The notes under the pieces are model-generated. The model was not told where the DNA came from. It did not search any database and saw nothing but the letters and a program-made list of their open reading frames with translations. Shown here piece after piece: positions 1-10,246 of a DNA stretch of 64,000 bases. Numbering within the stretch: the stretch's first letter is position 1; each line of letters begins with the position of its first letter. The stretch is taken from assembly GCA_903828535.1 (NCBI GenBank), contig CAIKMN010000022.1, forward strand, positions 46,854 through 110,853, read 5' to 3'. The position numbers and the translations under genes were made by a program. The stretch is from an uncultured Curvibacter sp. GTDB taxonomy: Bacteria > Pseudomonadota > Gammaproteobacteria > Burkholderiales > Burkholderiaceae_C.

Positions 1-56
1 TGCCCAGCATGACAGGATACGACCTGGAAATCACGGGCTACCTCAGCAAAGAATGA
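1..56 (+). CDS. 3-prime end of an upstream gene (frame 3: ...[15 protein letters not shown]), possibly ribBA given its position before ribH
   Basis: The frame is open to the window edge. Stop TGA 54-56 overlaps the ribH ATG (ATGA). Identity is guessed only from synteny. Confidence 0.3.
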   Translation, partial: PSMTGYDLEITGYLSKE

Positions 57-616
57 CCCCAAAGTCAGCCAAAGATCAACAAGGATTCACCATGCAAGGC
101 ACAGACAAAGGGGCCTCCCCCCTCTCCAATAACTTGAGCAGCGCCGCGCTGCGCATTGGCGTGGTGCAAGCCCGCTTCAATGAGCCCATCACCGATGCCT
201 TGGCGCAAGCTTGTTTGACCGAGCTACACCGCTTGGGCGTCCCTGCCGATCAAATTCGCCACATCAAGGTGCCGGGCGCTCTTGAAGTGCCCTTGGCCTT
301 GCAAGCGCTCGCAGAACGCCAAGAGTTTGATGCCTTGGTTGCATTGGGCTGCATCATCCGCGGCGAAACCTACCACTTCGAATTGGTTGCCAATGAATCA
401 GGGGCGGCCATCACGCGCATCGGCCTCGATTATGGAATTCCGATTGCCAACGCCATCTTGACGGTAGAAAACACCGAACAAGCCCTTGCTCGCCAGGTTG
501 AAAAAGGCAGAGACGCTGCGGTGGTGGCTGTTGAAATGGCCCAACTCCTGGAAGAACTGCTTGCTGATCTTGACTTTGATGGCCTTAATTTAGACGGCTT
601 GAACGAAACCGCATGA
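53..616 (+). CDS. ribH: 6,7-dimethyl-8-ribityllumazine synthase
   Basis: Lumazine synthase motifs are present ([44 protein letters not shown]). ATGA overlaps occur at both ends. ATG 92 is an alternative start. Confidence 0.92.
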   Translation: MTPKSAKDQQGFTMQGTDKGASPLSNNLSSAALRIGVVQARFNEPITDALAQACLTELHRLGVPADQIRHIKVPGALEVPLALQALAERQEFDALVALGCIIRGETYHFELVANESGAAITRIGLDYGIPIANAILTVENTEQALARQVEKGRDAAVVAVEMAQLLEELLADLDFDGLNLDGLNETA

Positions 617-1131
617 CCCCCCCCTCCTCATCACCCTCTGCTCCTCGCGCCGCCAAGGCATCCGCCGGTGCCCGTCAATCGGCGACCAAATCGGACCGCA
701 GCCGCGCCCGCGAATTTGCCCTGCAAGCGCTTTACCAATACCTGGTGGGCCAAAACCCAGCCGACGAGGTGGACGAATTCACCCGTCAACTGTCCGGCTT
801 TCACAAAGCCGATTCGGCCCATTACGACGCCCTGCTCCATGGCTGCATTGAAATCGGCGCCGACCTGGACGCCTTGATGAAACCCCTGTTGGACCGGCCC
901 CTGCAAGAAATTTCTCCGATTGAACGGGCGGCCTTGTGGATTGGCATCTACGAATTGTTGCGTTGCCCTGACATTCCCTTGCGCGTGGCCTTGAACGAAA
1001 GCATTGAGTTGGCGAAAGAATTCGGCGGGACCGACGGGCACAAATACGTGAACGCGGTGCTGAATGGCTTGGCACCCCAACTGCGTGCCCTTGAATTTTC
1101 TGCATTGCCCGCCGCTTCCAAAGTGGTTTGA
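613..1131 (+). CDS. nusB: transcription antitermination factor NusB
   Basis: It has the NusB-like core ([13 protein letters not shown]..., [29 protein letters not shown]) and the classic ribH-nusB order. Confidence 0.92.
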   Translation: MTPPSSSPSAPRAAKASAGARQSATKSDRSRAREFALQALYQYLVGQNPADEVDEFTRQLSGFHKADSAHYDALLHGCIEIGADLDALMKPLLDRPLQEISPIERAALWIGIYELLRCPDIPLRVALNESIELAKEFGGTDGHKYVNAVLNGLAPQLRALEFSALPAASKVV

Positions 1132-1140
1132 GGTGGCTTC

Positions 1141-2355
1141 GTGAGAGTTTCAGAGCGCGCCCAAAAAATTGAGCCCTTCTATGTGATGGAAGTGGCCAAG
1201 GCCGCGTCAAACCTTCAAGCCCAGCACCCACTCACCGACGAAGGTCGAACGTGGCCCATGCGTTTTTTGAACATCGGAGAGCCCGACTTCACGGCGCCCC
1301 CTTTGGTGCAAGAGGCCGCTGTTCGTGCCATTACGTCCGGCGCCACCGCTTACAGCTCGGCCTTGGGAATTTCATCGTTGCGCGAGCGCATCAGTGCTTG
1401 GTATGCCGAGCGTTGGGGCGTGCAGGTGCCAGCACGGCGAATCGTCATCACCGCGGGGGCTTCTGCGGCTTTGCAATTGGCTTGCTTGGCCTTGATTGAC
1501 CGCGACGACGAGGTGCTGATGTCGGACCCCAGCTATGCCTGCAACCGCCATTTTGTCAGCGCCGCGGAAGGACGTCCGGTGTTGCTGCCCACTTCGGCAG
1601 CGCAGCGCTTCCAGCTCACGGCACAAGCCGTTAAAGCGGCCTGGACCCCGCGCACCAGGGGCGTGTTATTGGCCTCCCCCTCTAACCCGACAGGCACGTC
1701 GATTCACCCCGACGAGCTGCGTCAGATTCACCAATTTGTGCAAGCCCGAGGCGGTGTCACGCTGGTCGACGAAATTTACCTCGGTCTCAGTTTCGACGAG
1801 ACCTATGGGCGCACCGGGTTGGCCATTGACGAACACGTCATCAGCATCAACAGCTTCTCGAAATACTTCAACATGACCGGCTGGCGCTTGGGCTGGATGG
1901 TGGTACCAGACAGTTTGGTGCCCGTGATCGAGCGCTTGGCACAAAACCTCTTTATCTGCCCCAATGTGATTGCCCAACAGGCCGCGCTGGCTTGCTTTGA
2001 GCCCGCGTCCTTGGAAGAATATGAACGCCGTCGCGCTGAATTCAAAACCCGCCGAGATCAATTTATTCCCGCTTTGGAGCAGCTGGGGTTTGAAGTGCCC
2101 GTGAAACCCGATGGGGCTTTTTTTGTTTGGGCCGATGCCCGAGCTTGGTGCGAAAAAATGAAGGTCCGCTCCAGCTGGGAACTGAGCTTTGCCTTGATGG
2201 AAAAAGCCCATTTGGCCATCACACCCGGACGTGATTTTGGGCACTTTGAAACCGCGAATTTTCTGCGCTTCTCAACCGCCTGCGCACCCAGCCATTTGAA
2301 AGACGCCATTGACCGACTGGGCGAGTTGAAACAAAGCGGGGGTGTTTCAACATGA
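1141..2355 (+). CDS. pyridoxal-phosphate-dependent aminotransferase, class I/II
   Basis: It has the PLP-lysine motif SFSKYFNMTGWRLGW, an NPTG motif, and a fold-type I length. The start is GTG. Confidence 0.85.
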   Translation: MRVSERAQKIEPFYVMEVAKAASNLQAQHPLTDEGRTWPMRFLNIGEPDFTAPPLVQEAAVRAITSGATAYSSALGISSLRERISAWYAERWGVQVPARRIVITAGASAALQLACLALIDRDDEVLMSDPSYACNRHFVSAAEGRPVLLPTSAAQRFQLTAQAVKAAWTPRTRGVLLASPSNPTGTSIHPDELRQIHQFVQARGGVTLVDEIYLGLSFDETYGRTGLAIDEHVISINSFSKYFNMTGWRLGWMVVPDSLVPVIERLAQNLFICPNVIAQQAALACFEPASLEEYERRRAEFKTRRDQFIPALEQLGFEVPVKPDGAFFVWADARAWCEKMKVRSSWELSFALMEKAHLAITPGRDFGHFETANFLRFSTACAPSHLKDAIDRLGELKQSGGVST

Positions 2356-2759
2356 GCGACAACCCACCCACCTTCAGCCAACCGATTCGAATTTATTGGG
2401 AAGACACCGACGCCGGCGGCATTGTGTTTTACGCCAATTATTTGAAGTTTTTTGAGCGTGCCCGCACCGAGTGGTTGCGTCATTTGGGCATCGAGCAACA
2501 ACGATTGCGCGAGGCCACCGGCGGCTTTTTTGTGGTCACTGACACCTCGCTCAAATACCGACTCCCCGCCAAGTTGGACGACCTTCTGAACGTCACCGCC
2601 TCGGTGACCCACGCCGGTCAAGCAAGCTTGGTTTTATTTCAACAAGCCTGGCGCGACAACACGCTGCTCTGCGAAGGCACCATCCGCATTGGCTGGGTCA
2701 ATGAGCACCGCTTGAGACCTGCCCGCATTCCTGAATCTGTATTGAAAGCCTTGACATGA
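2352..2759 (+). CDS. ybgC: tol-pal-associated acyl-CoA thioesterase YbgC
   Basis: It is a 4HBT hotdog protein (IRIYWEDTDAGGIVFYANYLKFFE) placed directly before tolQ with an ATGA overlap. Confidence 0.85.
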   Translation: MSDNPPTFSQPIRIYWEDTDAGGIVFYANYLKFFERARTEWLRHLGIEQQRLREATGGFFVVTDTSLKYRLPAKLDDLLNVTASVTHAGQASLVLFQQAWRDNTLLCEGTIRIGWVNEHRLRPARIPESVLKALT

Positions 2760-3457
2760 ACTCCTCTGATTTGTCGATCGTCCATTTGGTGCTCCACGCC
2801 AGCTTTGTGGTGCAAATCGTTTTGGCATTGTTGTTGTGCATTTCGGTGGCGAGTTGGTCGGCCATCATCAGCAAGGTGATTGGGCTCAAACAAGTTCGCA
2901 CCCGCAACGATGAGTTCGAAAAAGATTTTTGGTCAGGCACCAGCTTGAAAGACCTCTACTCGGCCGCCGTCAACAACGCCCGAGTGGCCGGCCCCATGGA
3001 GCGCATTTTTGCCAGCGGCATGCGGGAATTTCAAAAACTGCGCGAGCGCCACATCACCGATGGCGCGACCTTGATCGACGGTGCCCGACGCGCCATGCGC
3101 GCCAGCTACCAACGTGAAATGGATGAGATTGAATCCAACTTGTCCTTCCTGGCTTCTGTGGGTTCGGTCTCACCTTATGTGGGCTTGTTCGGCACGGTTT
3201 GGGGCGTGATGCACTCCTTCACCGGCCTCGCCAGCTTGGCCACCGTCACCCTCGCTACCGTGGCTCCAGGGATTGCCGAAGCCTTGGTGGCAACCGCCAT
3301 TGGCCTCTTTGCGGCCATTCCAGCGGTGGTGGCCTACAACCGCTTTGCACGTCAAATCGACCGCGTGGCCATCCAGCAAGAAACCTTCATCGAAGAGTTT
3401 TCTAATATCTTGCAGCGCAATGTGGGCGCACAAGCAGGCCAGGCCTCGCCGCAGTAA
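2756..3457 (+). CDS. tolQ: Tol-Pal system protein TolQ
   Basis: It is MotA/TolQ/ExbB-like, with three TM segments and the motif GLFGTVWGVMHSF...ATAIGL. Confidence 0.92.
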   Translation: MNSSDLSIVHLVLHASFVVQIVLALLLCISVASWSAIISKVIGLKQVRTRNDEFEKDFWSGTSLKDLYSAAVNNARVAGPMERIFASGMREFQKLRERHITDGATLIDGARRAMRASYQREMDEIESNLSFLASVGSVSPYVGLFGTVWGVMHSFTGLASLATVTLATVAPGIAEALVATAIGLFAAIPAVVAYNRFARQIDRVAIQQETFIEEFSNILQRNVGAQAGQASPQ

Positions 3458-3495
3458 CGCAACGATTCGCCTCAACGCTATCCAAGGAACACCTC

Positions 3496-3921
3496 ATGCC
3501 CGCCATGGCTTCCCGCGGCAAAGGCCGACGCACCATCAACGAAATCAACATGGTGCCCTTCATCGACGTGATGTTGGTGCTGTTGATTATTTTCATGGTC
3601 ACCGCGCCGCTGATTACCCCCAGCGTGATCGACCTGCCCTCGGTGGGAAAAGCCGCCAAGCAGGCCGATCATGTGGTGCAAGTCGTCATCACCCAGAGCA
3701 ACCAGTGGGAGCTGCGCAGCGGTTCACCTGAAACCAAAACCCCTGTCAATGAGTCCAATTTGGTGAGCGCTGTGCAACAAGCGCAAGGCGGCGACGCCAA
3801 CAGCCCCGTGGTCATCAGCGCCGATAAAACCGTGAAATACGAATCGGTGGTGAAGGTCATGGACCTGTTGCAACGCGCTGGTATTCAACGGGTGGGGTTG
3901 GCGGTTCAACTGCAACCTTGA
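3496..3921 (+). CDS. tolR: Tol-Pal system protein TolR (ExbD/TolR family)
   Basis: The N-terminus INMVPFIDVMLVLLIIFMVTAP and its position after tolQ fit TolR. Confidence 0.9.
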   Translation: MPAMASRGKGRRTINEINMVPFIDVMLVLLIIFMVTAPLITPSVIDLPSVGKAAKQADHVVQVVITQSNQWELRSGSPETKTPVNESNLVSAVQQAQGGDANSPVVISADKTVKYESVVKVMDLLQRAGIQRVGLAVQLQP

Positions 3922-3947
3922 TGCCCTCCCTAAAATAAGTTGGCCCC

Positions 3948-4862
3948 TTGAACACGAGCAACCGTCAGCCCGACAACGACCTCTCTGACCTGAGCCCACC
4001 CGAGCATTCAGGCTGGGGGCTGTCATTCTGGCTCGCCCTGTTGGTGCATGTCGTCTTGATCGTGGCCTTGAGCCTGGGCATCAGCTGGCACCACGACGCC
4101 ACACCGGTGGCGATGCAGGCGGAATTGTGGGCAGCGGTTCCTTCTGAAGCGGCCCCGCCTTCCGAACCCCCTTCTGAACCCGCGATTGAGCCACCGACTC
4201 CAGCGCCACCTGAAGTGACCCCACCTCCTGCGCCAACGCCAACCCCCGCCCCTTCACCGCGCCCTGATGCGAAGATTGCTTTGGAAAAAGAGCGAAAGCA
4301 AAAAGAAAAAGAAAAAAAACTTGCGCAAGAGAAACACGAGCAAGAACTGAAGGATAAAAAAGCGAAAGAGGCGAAGGAAGCCGAAAAGCAGGCGAAGTTA
4401 AAAGAACAAGCCAAAGAAAAGGCCAAGGCGGAGGCCAAAGCCAAGGATGAAGCGCTGAAAGCAGAAGCTAAAAAAGCCGAAGCCCTGCGCCAAGAAAATC
4501 TGAACCGCATGCAAAAACTGGCTGGCGCGAACAATGCCTCTGGTCATGGCGCTCCCGGCAGTGCTGGCCAAGCCACGCGGAGCTCGGACCCGTCGGGCAG
4601 CTACGCCGGCAAGGTCAAGCAGCGCGTACAACCCCACATCGCGTTTGACGCCAAAGACACCCCCGGCAACCCCGAAGCCGAGGTCGAAGTGCGCACCGCC
4701 CCCGACGGCACCATCACCCTGACCAAACTGACCCAATCCAGCGGCGTTCCCGCCTGGGACAATGCGGTGTTGCGCGCTTTGGACAAAACCCAAAGCCTGC
4801 CACGAGACGAAGACGGCCGGGTTCCGCCTTCGATGATTTTGGTTTTCCGACCCAAAGACTAA
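3948..4862 (+). CDS. tolA: cell envelope integrity protein TolA
   Basis: It has an N-terminal TM segment, a Pro-rich then Lys/Glu/Ala-rich helical domain, and a TolA-type C-terminal domain. It follows tolR. Confidence 0.85.
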   Translation: MNTSNRQPDNDLSDLSPPEHSGWGLSFWLALLVHVVLIVALSLGISWHHDATPVAMQAELWAAVPSEAAPPSEPPSEPAIEPPTPAPPEVTPPPAPTPTPAPSPRPDAKIALEKERKQKEKEKKLAQEKHEQELKDKKAKEAKEAEKQAKLKEQAKEKAKAEAKAKDEALKAEAKKAEALRQENLNRMQKLAGANNASGHGAPGSAGQATRSSDPSGSYAGKVKQRVQPHIAFDAKDTPGNPEAEVEVRTAPDGTITLTKLTQSSGVPAWDNAVLRALDKTQSLPRDEDGRVPPSMILVFRPKD

Positions 4863-4888
4863 ACTGCACACACTCCAGGAGAAGCACC

Positions 4889-6271
4889 ATGACCCTCAAA
4901 GCCCCTGAACTGCTGTTGCCCGCAGGCTCACTCGACAAGATGCGCGCGGCCTACGATTTTGGCGCCGACGCCATTTATGCCGGTCAGCCCCGTTATTCCT
5001 TGCGCGCCCGCAACAATGATTTCAAGCTCGAACAAATCGGCATTGGCATCGCCGAGGCCCATGCACGCGGTAAAAAGTTTTTTGTCACCAGCAACTTGCT
5101 GCCCCACAACGACAAGGTGCGCACTTATTTGCGCGACATCGAACCGGTCATTGCCATGAAACCCGACGGCATCATCATGGCCGACCCCGGCCTGATCATG
5201 ATGGTGCGCGAGCGCTGGCCCGAAGTGCCGATTCATTTGTCGGTTCAGGCCAATACCGTGAACTTCATGGCGGTCAAGTTCTGGCAAAAAGTCGGGGTGA
5301 CACGCATCATTTTGTCGCGTGAATTGAGCTTGGATGAAGTCGAAAAAATTCGCCAAGAATGCCCCGATATGGAGCTCGAAGTGTTCGTCCACGGCGCCTT
5401 GTGCATTGCCTACTCGGGCCGCTGTTTGTTGTCGGGTTATTTCAACCGACGCGACCCGAATCAAGGCACCTGCACCAACGCCTGCCGCTGGAATTACGCC
5501 ACCACGCCGGCCGTTGATGACCCCAACACCGGCGAAGCCTTGGCCCAAAAAATGGCCGCCGACTTTGACTTTGCCACGGCCCAACAAGAAGCCGAAAGCA
5601 CCTTCTCGGCCTGTGGCGACGGTCAGCGCCACCCTGCTGCCGATCAGGTTTATTTGCTCGAAGAAGCCGGGCGTCCCGGCCAGCACATGCCCATCATGGA
5701 AGACGAGCATGGCACTTACATCATGAATTCCAAGGACTTGCGTGCCGTGGAATACGTAGAACGGTTGGTCAAAATCGGCGTCGATTCGCTGAAAATCGAA
5801 GGCCGTACCAAATCACTTTATTACGTCTCACGAACGGCCCAAGTTTATCGGCGTGCGATTGACGACGCCGTGGCGGGTCGCCCTTTCAATCCGCAGTTAA
5901 TCACCGAATTGGAAGGATTGGCCAACCGGGGCTACACCGCCGGCCTGCTGGACAGACGCCCGGCCAACGATTACCAGAACTACGAAACCGGCCACTCGAT
6001 TGCACAGCGCAGCCAGTTTGTGGGTGAAATTCACGACGCCAAAGACGGCTGGGTGGAAGTCACCACCAAGAACAAATTTTCGGTCGGCGACCACCTCGAA
6101 ATTATCCACCCCAGCGGCAACCACATCGTGCATTTGCAAGACATGCGCAACCCCCAAGGCGAGCCGGTTCAAGTGGCCCAAGGAAACCCAATCAAGGTTT
6201 GGATTCCCCTGGAGGCCCGCTACAACGGCGCCTTAGTGGCCCGCTTGCTCAGCGCGCCTGTACCCGCCTAA
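4889..6271 (+). CDS. peptidase U32 family protein (YegQ/TrhP-like)
   Basis: It has the U32 motifs ELLLPAGSLDKMRAAYDFGADAIY and EVFVHGALCIAYSGRCLLS and is about 460 aa. Confidence 0.85.
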   Translation: MTLKAPELLLPAGSLDKMRAAYDFGADAIYAGQPRYSLRARNNDFKLEQIGIGIAEAHARGKKFFVTSNLLPHNDKVRTYLRDIEPVIAMKPDGIIMADPGLIMMVRERWPEVPIHLSVQANTVNFMAVKFWQKVGVTRIILSRELSLDEVEKIRQECPDMELEVFVHGALCIAYSGRCLLSGYFNRRDPNQGTCTNACRWNYATTPAVDDPNTGEALAQKMAADFDFATAQQEAESTFSACGDGQRHPAADQVYLLEEAGRPGQHMPIMEDEHGTYIMNSKDLRAVEYVERLVKIGVDSLKIEGRTKSLYYVSRTAQVYRRAIDDAVAGRPFNPQLITELEGLANRGYTAGLLDRRPANDYQNYETGHSIAQRSQFVGEIHDAKDGWVEVTTKNKFSVGDHLEIIHPSGNHIVHLQDMRNPQGEPVQVAQGNPIKVWIPLEARYNGALVARLLSAPVPA

Positions 6272-6306
6272 TTAAACTGGATTCATGAGTCTGGCTAAAC
6301 GCCCAC

Positions 6307-6915
6307 TCATCGGCTTGATTTCACGGGCTTGATGTCGGCTACTTCAGAAAGCGACACCAAGACACGCACTTTGTCGCCGACCTTGGCGTCTTTGAAGACA
6401 CTGGGGTTGTTCACTTTGATCCAAGCGGTTTGATCAAATGCATTGTGCAGTTGGATCTTCTTATTGGCTTTGTCAATCGCAAAAACAGAATAGGTTTCTG
6501 CCAATGAAACATTGGTGAAGGAGCCATCGGGCATTCTTTCTTCAGACACTTCGGCCTTGCGCAAGCCCGGGTCAGCGCTGGTCAAAGCGACCAACTCAGA
6601 GACCACAAAACTCACGTCAACCAAATCACCGGCTTTGATGTGGTTGAGCGGCACACTTTGGCGCACGCCAAAACGGATCAGGGTTTCGTCGCCGGTGCGC
6701 AGCACAATCAGGCGTTTTTCGGCGTCCACACTCACCACTTTGAGTTGAGTGGTCAAGGTATCGCTGGTGATGCGAGCGTCTTTGATTTGTACAGGCGGAC
6801 GGCTCCCGTCGTGGGTCTGGGCAAAGGCTGGTGCTGTAAAGACGCCGAAGGACAACAAGGCGGCACTGGCCAATAACAGGCGAACGGGGGTATGCATTTT
6901 TTGTTTCATCTTCAT
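6307..6915 (-). CDS. exported hypothetical protein with an internal two-fold repeat
   Basis: It has a signal peptide (LLLASAALLSFGVFTAPAFA-QT) and two similar ~60-aa halves (IKAGDLVDVSF / AKVGDKVRVLVS). Confidence 0.6.
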   Translation of the reverse strand: MKMKQKMHTPVRLLLASAALLSFGVFTAPAFAQTHDGSRPPVQIKDARITSDTLTTQLKVVSVDAEKRLIVLRTGDETLIRFGVRQSVPLNHIKAGDLVDVSFVVSELVALTSADPGLRKAEVSEERMPDGSFTNVSLAETYSVFAIDKANKKIQLHNAFDQTAWIKVNNPSVFKDAKVGDKVRVLVSLSEVADIKPVKSSR

Positions 6916-7011
6916 TCCTCAAAATCTGGTTGAAAAAATTACCAAGATCAGTCTAGAGGTCAGAAGCCCTAAATGAGGCCCCCTAAAAGCAACGCTTTGA
7001 AACGGTGGAAA

Positions 7012-7057
7012 GCAAAAACAAAAAAACCCCGTTGACCAAAAGCCAACGGGGTTTTTC
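7012..7057 (-). terminator. Rho-independent terminator downstream of acnB
   Basis: The stem CCCCGTTG (7027-7034) pairs with CAACGGGG (7044-7051). It is flanked by an A-run (a T-run on the minus strand) and TTTTT on the plus strand. Confidence 0.7.
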
Positions 7058-7084
7058 AGGGGGCTAAACGCTTGATGAAAGGGC

Positions 7085-9676
7085 TCAAGCGGTGACGCCA
7101 GCTGCCACGTCTGCGTACTCTTGAATTTGGTTGAAATTCAGGTACTTGTAGATGGCGGCGCCGTCTTTGTTCACCACGCCCATGGCTTCATGGTATTCGG
7201 CCACGGTGGGGATGTGCCCCAGCTTGGAAGCAATCGCGGCCAACTCGGCCGAGGCCAAGTAGACGTTGGTGTTTTTGCCCAAACGGTTAGGGAAGTTGCG
7301 GGTCGAGGTGGAGACCACGGTCGCGCCTTCGCGCACTTGCGCTTGGTTACCCATGCACAAAGAGCAGCCTGGCATTTCGGTGCGGGCACCGGCGTTGCCA
7401 AAGGCCGCGTAGTGGCCTTCTTTAATCAGCTCGCTTTGGTCCATCTTGGTCGGCGGGGCGACCCACAGCTTGACAGGAATGTCCCGTTGGTTACCCAACA
7501 ATTTAGCGGCGGCGCGGAAGTGACCAATGTTGGTCATGCAAGAGCCAATGAAGGCCTCGTCAATTTTGGTGCCAGCCACGTCAGACAAGGTTTTGGCGTC
7601 GTCAGGGTCGTTGGGGCAGCACAGAATGGGCTCTTTGATGTCTGCCAGATCAATTTCGATCACGGCGGCGTATTCGGCGTCTTGATCGGCCTCCAGCAGG
7701 TTGGAGTTGGCCAACCAGGCTTCGACCTTTTCAATGCGGCGCGCCAGGGTGCGGGCGTCGGCATAACCATCGGCGATCATGTTCTTCATCAAGACAATGT
7801 TGCTGGCCAAATACTCTTTGACAGGCTCGGGGTTCAGCTTGATGGTGCAGCCCGCGGCAGAGCGTTCGGCGGAGGCATCGGACAATTCAAAGGCTTGTTC
7901 AACCTTCAAGTTGGGCAGGCCTTCGATTTCCAAAATACGGCCCGAGAACACGTTCTTTTTGCCCGCCTTGGCCACGGTCAACAGACCGGCCTTGATGGCG
8001 TACAGAGGAATCGCGTGCACCAAATCGCGCAAGGTCACACCGGGTTGCATTTCGCCCTTGAAGCGCACCAAAACCGATTCGGGCATGTCCAAAGGCATCA
8101 CGCCGGTGGCGGCACCAAAGGCCACCAAGCCAGAACCCGCAGGGAATGAAATGCCGATGGGGAATCGGGTATGCGAATCGCCGCCCGTGCCGACGGTATC
8201 GGGCAGCAACAAACGGTTCAACCAGCTGTGAATCACGCCGTCACCGGGACGCAAGGCCACGCCGCCGCGGTTGCTGATGAAGTTGGGTAATTCACGGTGG
8301 GTTTTGACGTCCACGGGCTTGGGGTAAGCCGCGGTGTGGCAGAAAGACTGCATCACCATGTCGGCGCTGAAGCCCAGGCAAGCCAGGTCTTTCAGCTCGT
8401 CGCGTGTCATGGGGCCCGTGGTGTCTTGTGAGCCCACTGTGGTCATTTTGGGTTCGCAGTAAGTGCCGGGGCGAACGCCTTGGCCTTCGGGCAAACCGAC
8501 CGCACGGCCAACCATTTTTTGCGCCAGCGTGAAGCCGGCTTTGGTGGCAACCGGTGGTGTGGGCAAGCGGAACAAGGTCGACGCGGGCAAGCCCATAAAT
8601 TCACGGGCCTTGGCGGTCAACGAGCGGCCAATGATCAAGTTGATGCGGCCACCGGCGCGCACTTCGTCAAACAATACCTCGCTCTTGAGCTTGAACTCGG
8701 CCACGGTAGTGCCGTCTTTGACCAACTTGCCTTCGTAGGGCAAAACGTCGATCACGTCGCCCATTTCGAGCTTGGACACATCAACTTCAATGGGCAAAGA
8801 GCCTGAGTCTTCTTGTGTATTGAAAAAGATGGGGGCAATTTTGCCGCCCAGCGTCACGCCTCCAAAGCGTTTATTGGGCACGAAAGGAATGTCTTGGCCA
8901 GTGGCCCAAATGACGCTGTTGGTGGCCGATTTGCGGCTTGAACCGGTGCCGACCACGTCGCCCACATAGGCCACCAAATTGCCTTTCTTCTTCAGGTCTT
9001 CTATGAATTGCATGGGGCCACGCTTGCCATCTTCTTCGGGCTTGAAGGCAGCGTCGGGGCGGGTGTTCTTGAGCATCGCCAAATAGTGCAATGGAATGTC
9101 GGGGCGGCTCCAGGCGTCGGGCGCGGGCGACAAGTCGTCGGTATTGGTTTCGCCAGGCACCTTGAAAACGGTGACGGTGATTTTTTTCTCGACTTCAGGG
9201 CGGCTGGTGAACCACTCGGCTTCGGCCCAGCTTTGAATGACTTCTTTGGCCTTGGCGTTGCCGGCCTTGGCCTTTTCAGCGACGTCGTGGAAAAAGTCGA
9301 ACATCAACAAGGTTTTCTTCAGGCCTTCAGCGGCCACACCGGCCACCTCGGGGTCATCCAACAGGTCGATCAAGGGTTTGACGTTGTAACCACCAACCAT
9401 GGTGCCGAGCAGCTCGGTGGCCTTGGCTTTGGAGATCAAAGCGACGGGAAAATCACCATGCGCGACAGCAGCCAAGAAGCTGGCCTTGACCTTGGCGGCG
9501 TCGTCCACGCCGGGGGGCACGCGGTGGGTCAGCAGGTCCAACAAAAAGGCTTCGGTGCCGTGGGGTGGGTTCTTGATCAGTTCGATCAATTCGGCCACCT
9601 GTTTGGCATCCAAAGGCAGTGGCGGAATGCCCAGCGCGGCGCGCTCGGCTTCGTGTTGGCGATAGGCTTGCAACAT
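7085..9676 (-). CDS. acnB: bifunctional aconitate hydratase 2 / 2-methylisocitrate dehydratase
   Basis: The N-terminus [23 protein letters not shown] is AcnB-like, the length is ~860 aa, and the Fe-S Cys motifs are present ([14 protein letters not shown]). The start was moved to ATG 9676. Confidence 0.95.
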   Translation of the reverse strand: MLQAYRQHEAERAALGIPPLPLDAKQVAELIELIKNPPHGTEAFLLDLLTHRVPPGVDDAAKVKASFLAAVAHGDFPVALISKAKATELLGTMVGGYNVKPLIDLLDDPEVAGVAAEGLKKTLLMFDFFHDVAEKAKAGNAKAKEVIQSWAEAEWFTSRPEVEKKITVTVFKVPGETNTDDLSPAPDAWSRPDIPLHYLAMLKNTRPDAAFKPEEDGKRGPMQFIEDLKKKGNLVAYVGDVVGTGSSRKSATNSVIWATGQDIPFVPNKRFGGVTLGGKIAPIFFNTQEDSGSLPIEVDVSKLEMGDVIDVLPYEGKLVKDGTTVAEFKLKSEVLFDEVRAGGRINLIIGRSLTAKAREFMGLPASTLFRLPTPPVATKAGFTLAQKMVGRAVGLPEGQGVRPGTYCEPKMTTVGSQDTTGPMTRDELKDLACLGFSADMVMQSFCHTAAYPKPVDVKTHRELPNFISNRGGVALRPGDGVIHSWLNRLLLPDTVGTGGDSHTRFPIGISFPAGSGLVAFGAATGVMPLDMPESVLVRFKGEMQPGVTLRDLVHAIPLYAIKAGLLTVAKAGKKNVFSGRILEIEGLPNLKVEQAFELSDASAERSAAGCTIKLNPEPVKEYLASNIVLMKNMIADGYADARTLARRIEKVEAWLANSNLLEADQDAEYAAVIEIDLADIKEPILCCPNDPDDAKTLSDVAGTKIDEAFIGSCMTNIGHFRAAAKLLGNQRDIPVKLWVAPPTKMDQSELIKEGHYAAFGNAGARTEMPGCSLCMGNQAQVREGATVVSTSTRNFPNRLGKNTNVYLASAELAAIASKLGHIPTVAEYHEAMGVVNKDGAAIYKYLNFNQIQEYADVAAGVTA

Positions 9677-9724
9677 GGTTTTCTCCTCGTACAAAAACAA
9701 AATAAAAGGGGTAAAAAAAGGGGG

Positions 9725-10246
9725 TCAGTCCAATAAACGGCTGGGCGGTCCGTTGCGCATCGCTTGGGCCACTAAGGCCTGTTGGGGGCTGACACATTCG
9801 TCGGCAATGCGTTGACCCAATTTTTGGTTCAACAACATCGATTTGTGGCCCAACTGAATCCAGAGCGCACCGGCCTTGGGGTCTTCTAAGCGAATCGCAC
9901 CCGTGCTGCTGACAACAGGCGCCATGTGGTAGAGGAAGCCTTTGCCTTTCAGGTCAAAGAAGCCAGGCTGCTTGGCGTCGGCCACGACCTCCACAAAGGC
10001 ACCGAGCTCGCAACTGATACGCCCTGTGTGAATGCTGTTGGCAATGGCTTGGAGTTGGGTGTTGAATTGGGTATTGAGTTGACCATTGATTTCGCTTGCT
10101 TTGACCGAAATGCCGCTGTTGTCGGCGTGGGCGCTCTGAGGCCCAGCGCCGCCCAAAGCCAGCGCACAGGCAGCTAGCCACCGACAAGCACTTGATCTTG
10201 AGGTTGAGCTTGAGGTTGAAGTCAGAAAAGAAGAAATTTGTGTCAT
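9725..10246 (-). CDS. exported hypothetical protein
   Basis: It has a signal-like N-terminus (WLAACALALGGAGPQSAHA-DN). Its ATG overlaps the citE-like stop (ATGA), and it lies 48 bp upstream of the preferred acnB start (24 bp from the TTG-started ORF). Confidence 0.55.
   Translation of the reverse strand: MTQISSFLTSTSSSTSRSSACRWLAACALALGGAGPQSAHADNSGISVKASEINGQLNTQFNTQLQAIANSIHTGRISCELGAFVEVVADAKQPGFFDLKGKGFLYHMAPVVSSTGAIRLEDPKAGALWIQLGHKSMLLNQKLGQRIADECVSPQQALVAQAMRNGPPSRLLD

Noticed and set aside
617-624. A C8 homopolymer sits immediately after the nusB start codon and could be a phase-variation tract.
   Set aside because: It encodes Pro-Pro in a dispensable-looking N-terminal tail of a core gene. 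There is no contingency-locus context, and variability cannot be evaluated from one sequence.
4140-4520. Highly repetitive Pro-rich and then Lys/Glu/Ala-rich DNA could be a repeat element.
   Set aside because: It is fully explained as the domain I/II linker and helical domain of TolA, in frame and flanked by the TM anchor and the C-terminal TolA domain.
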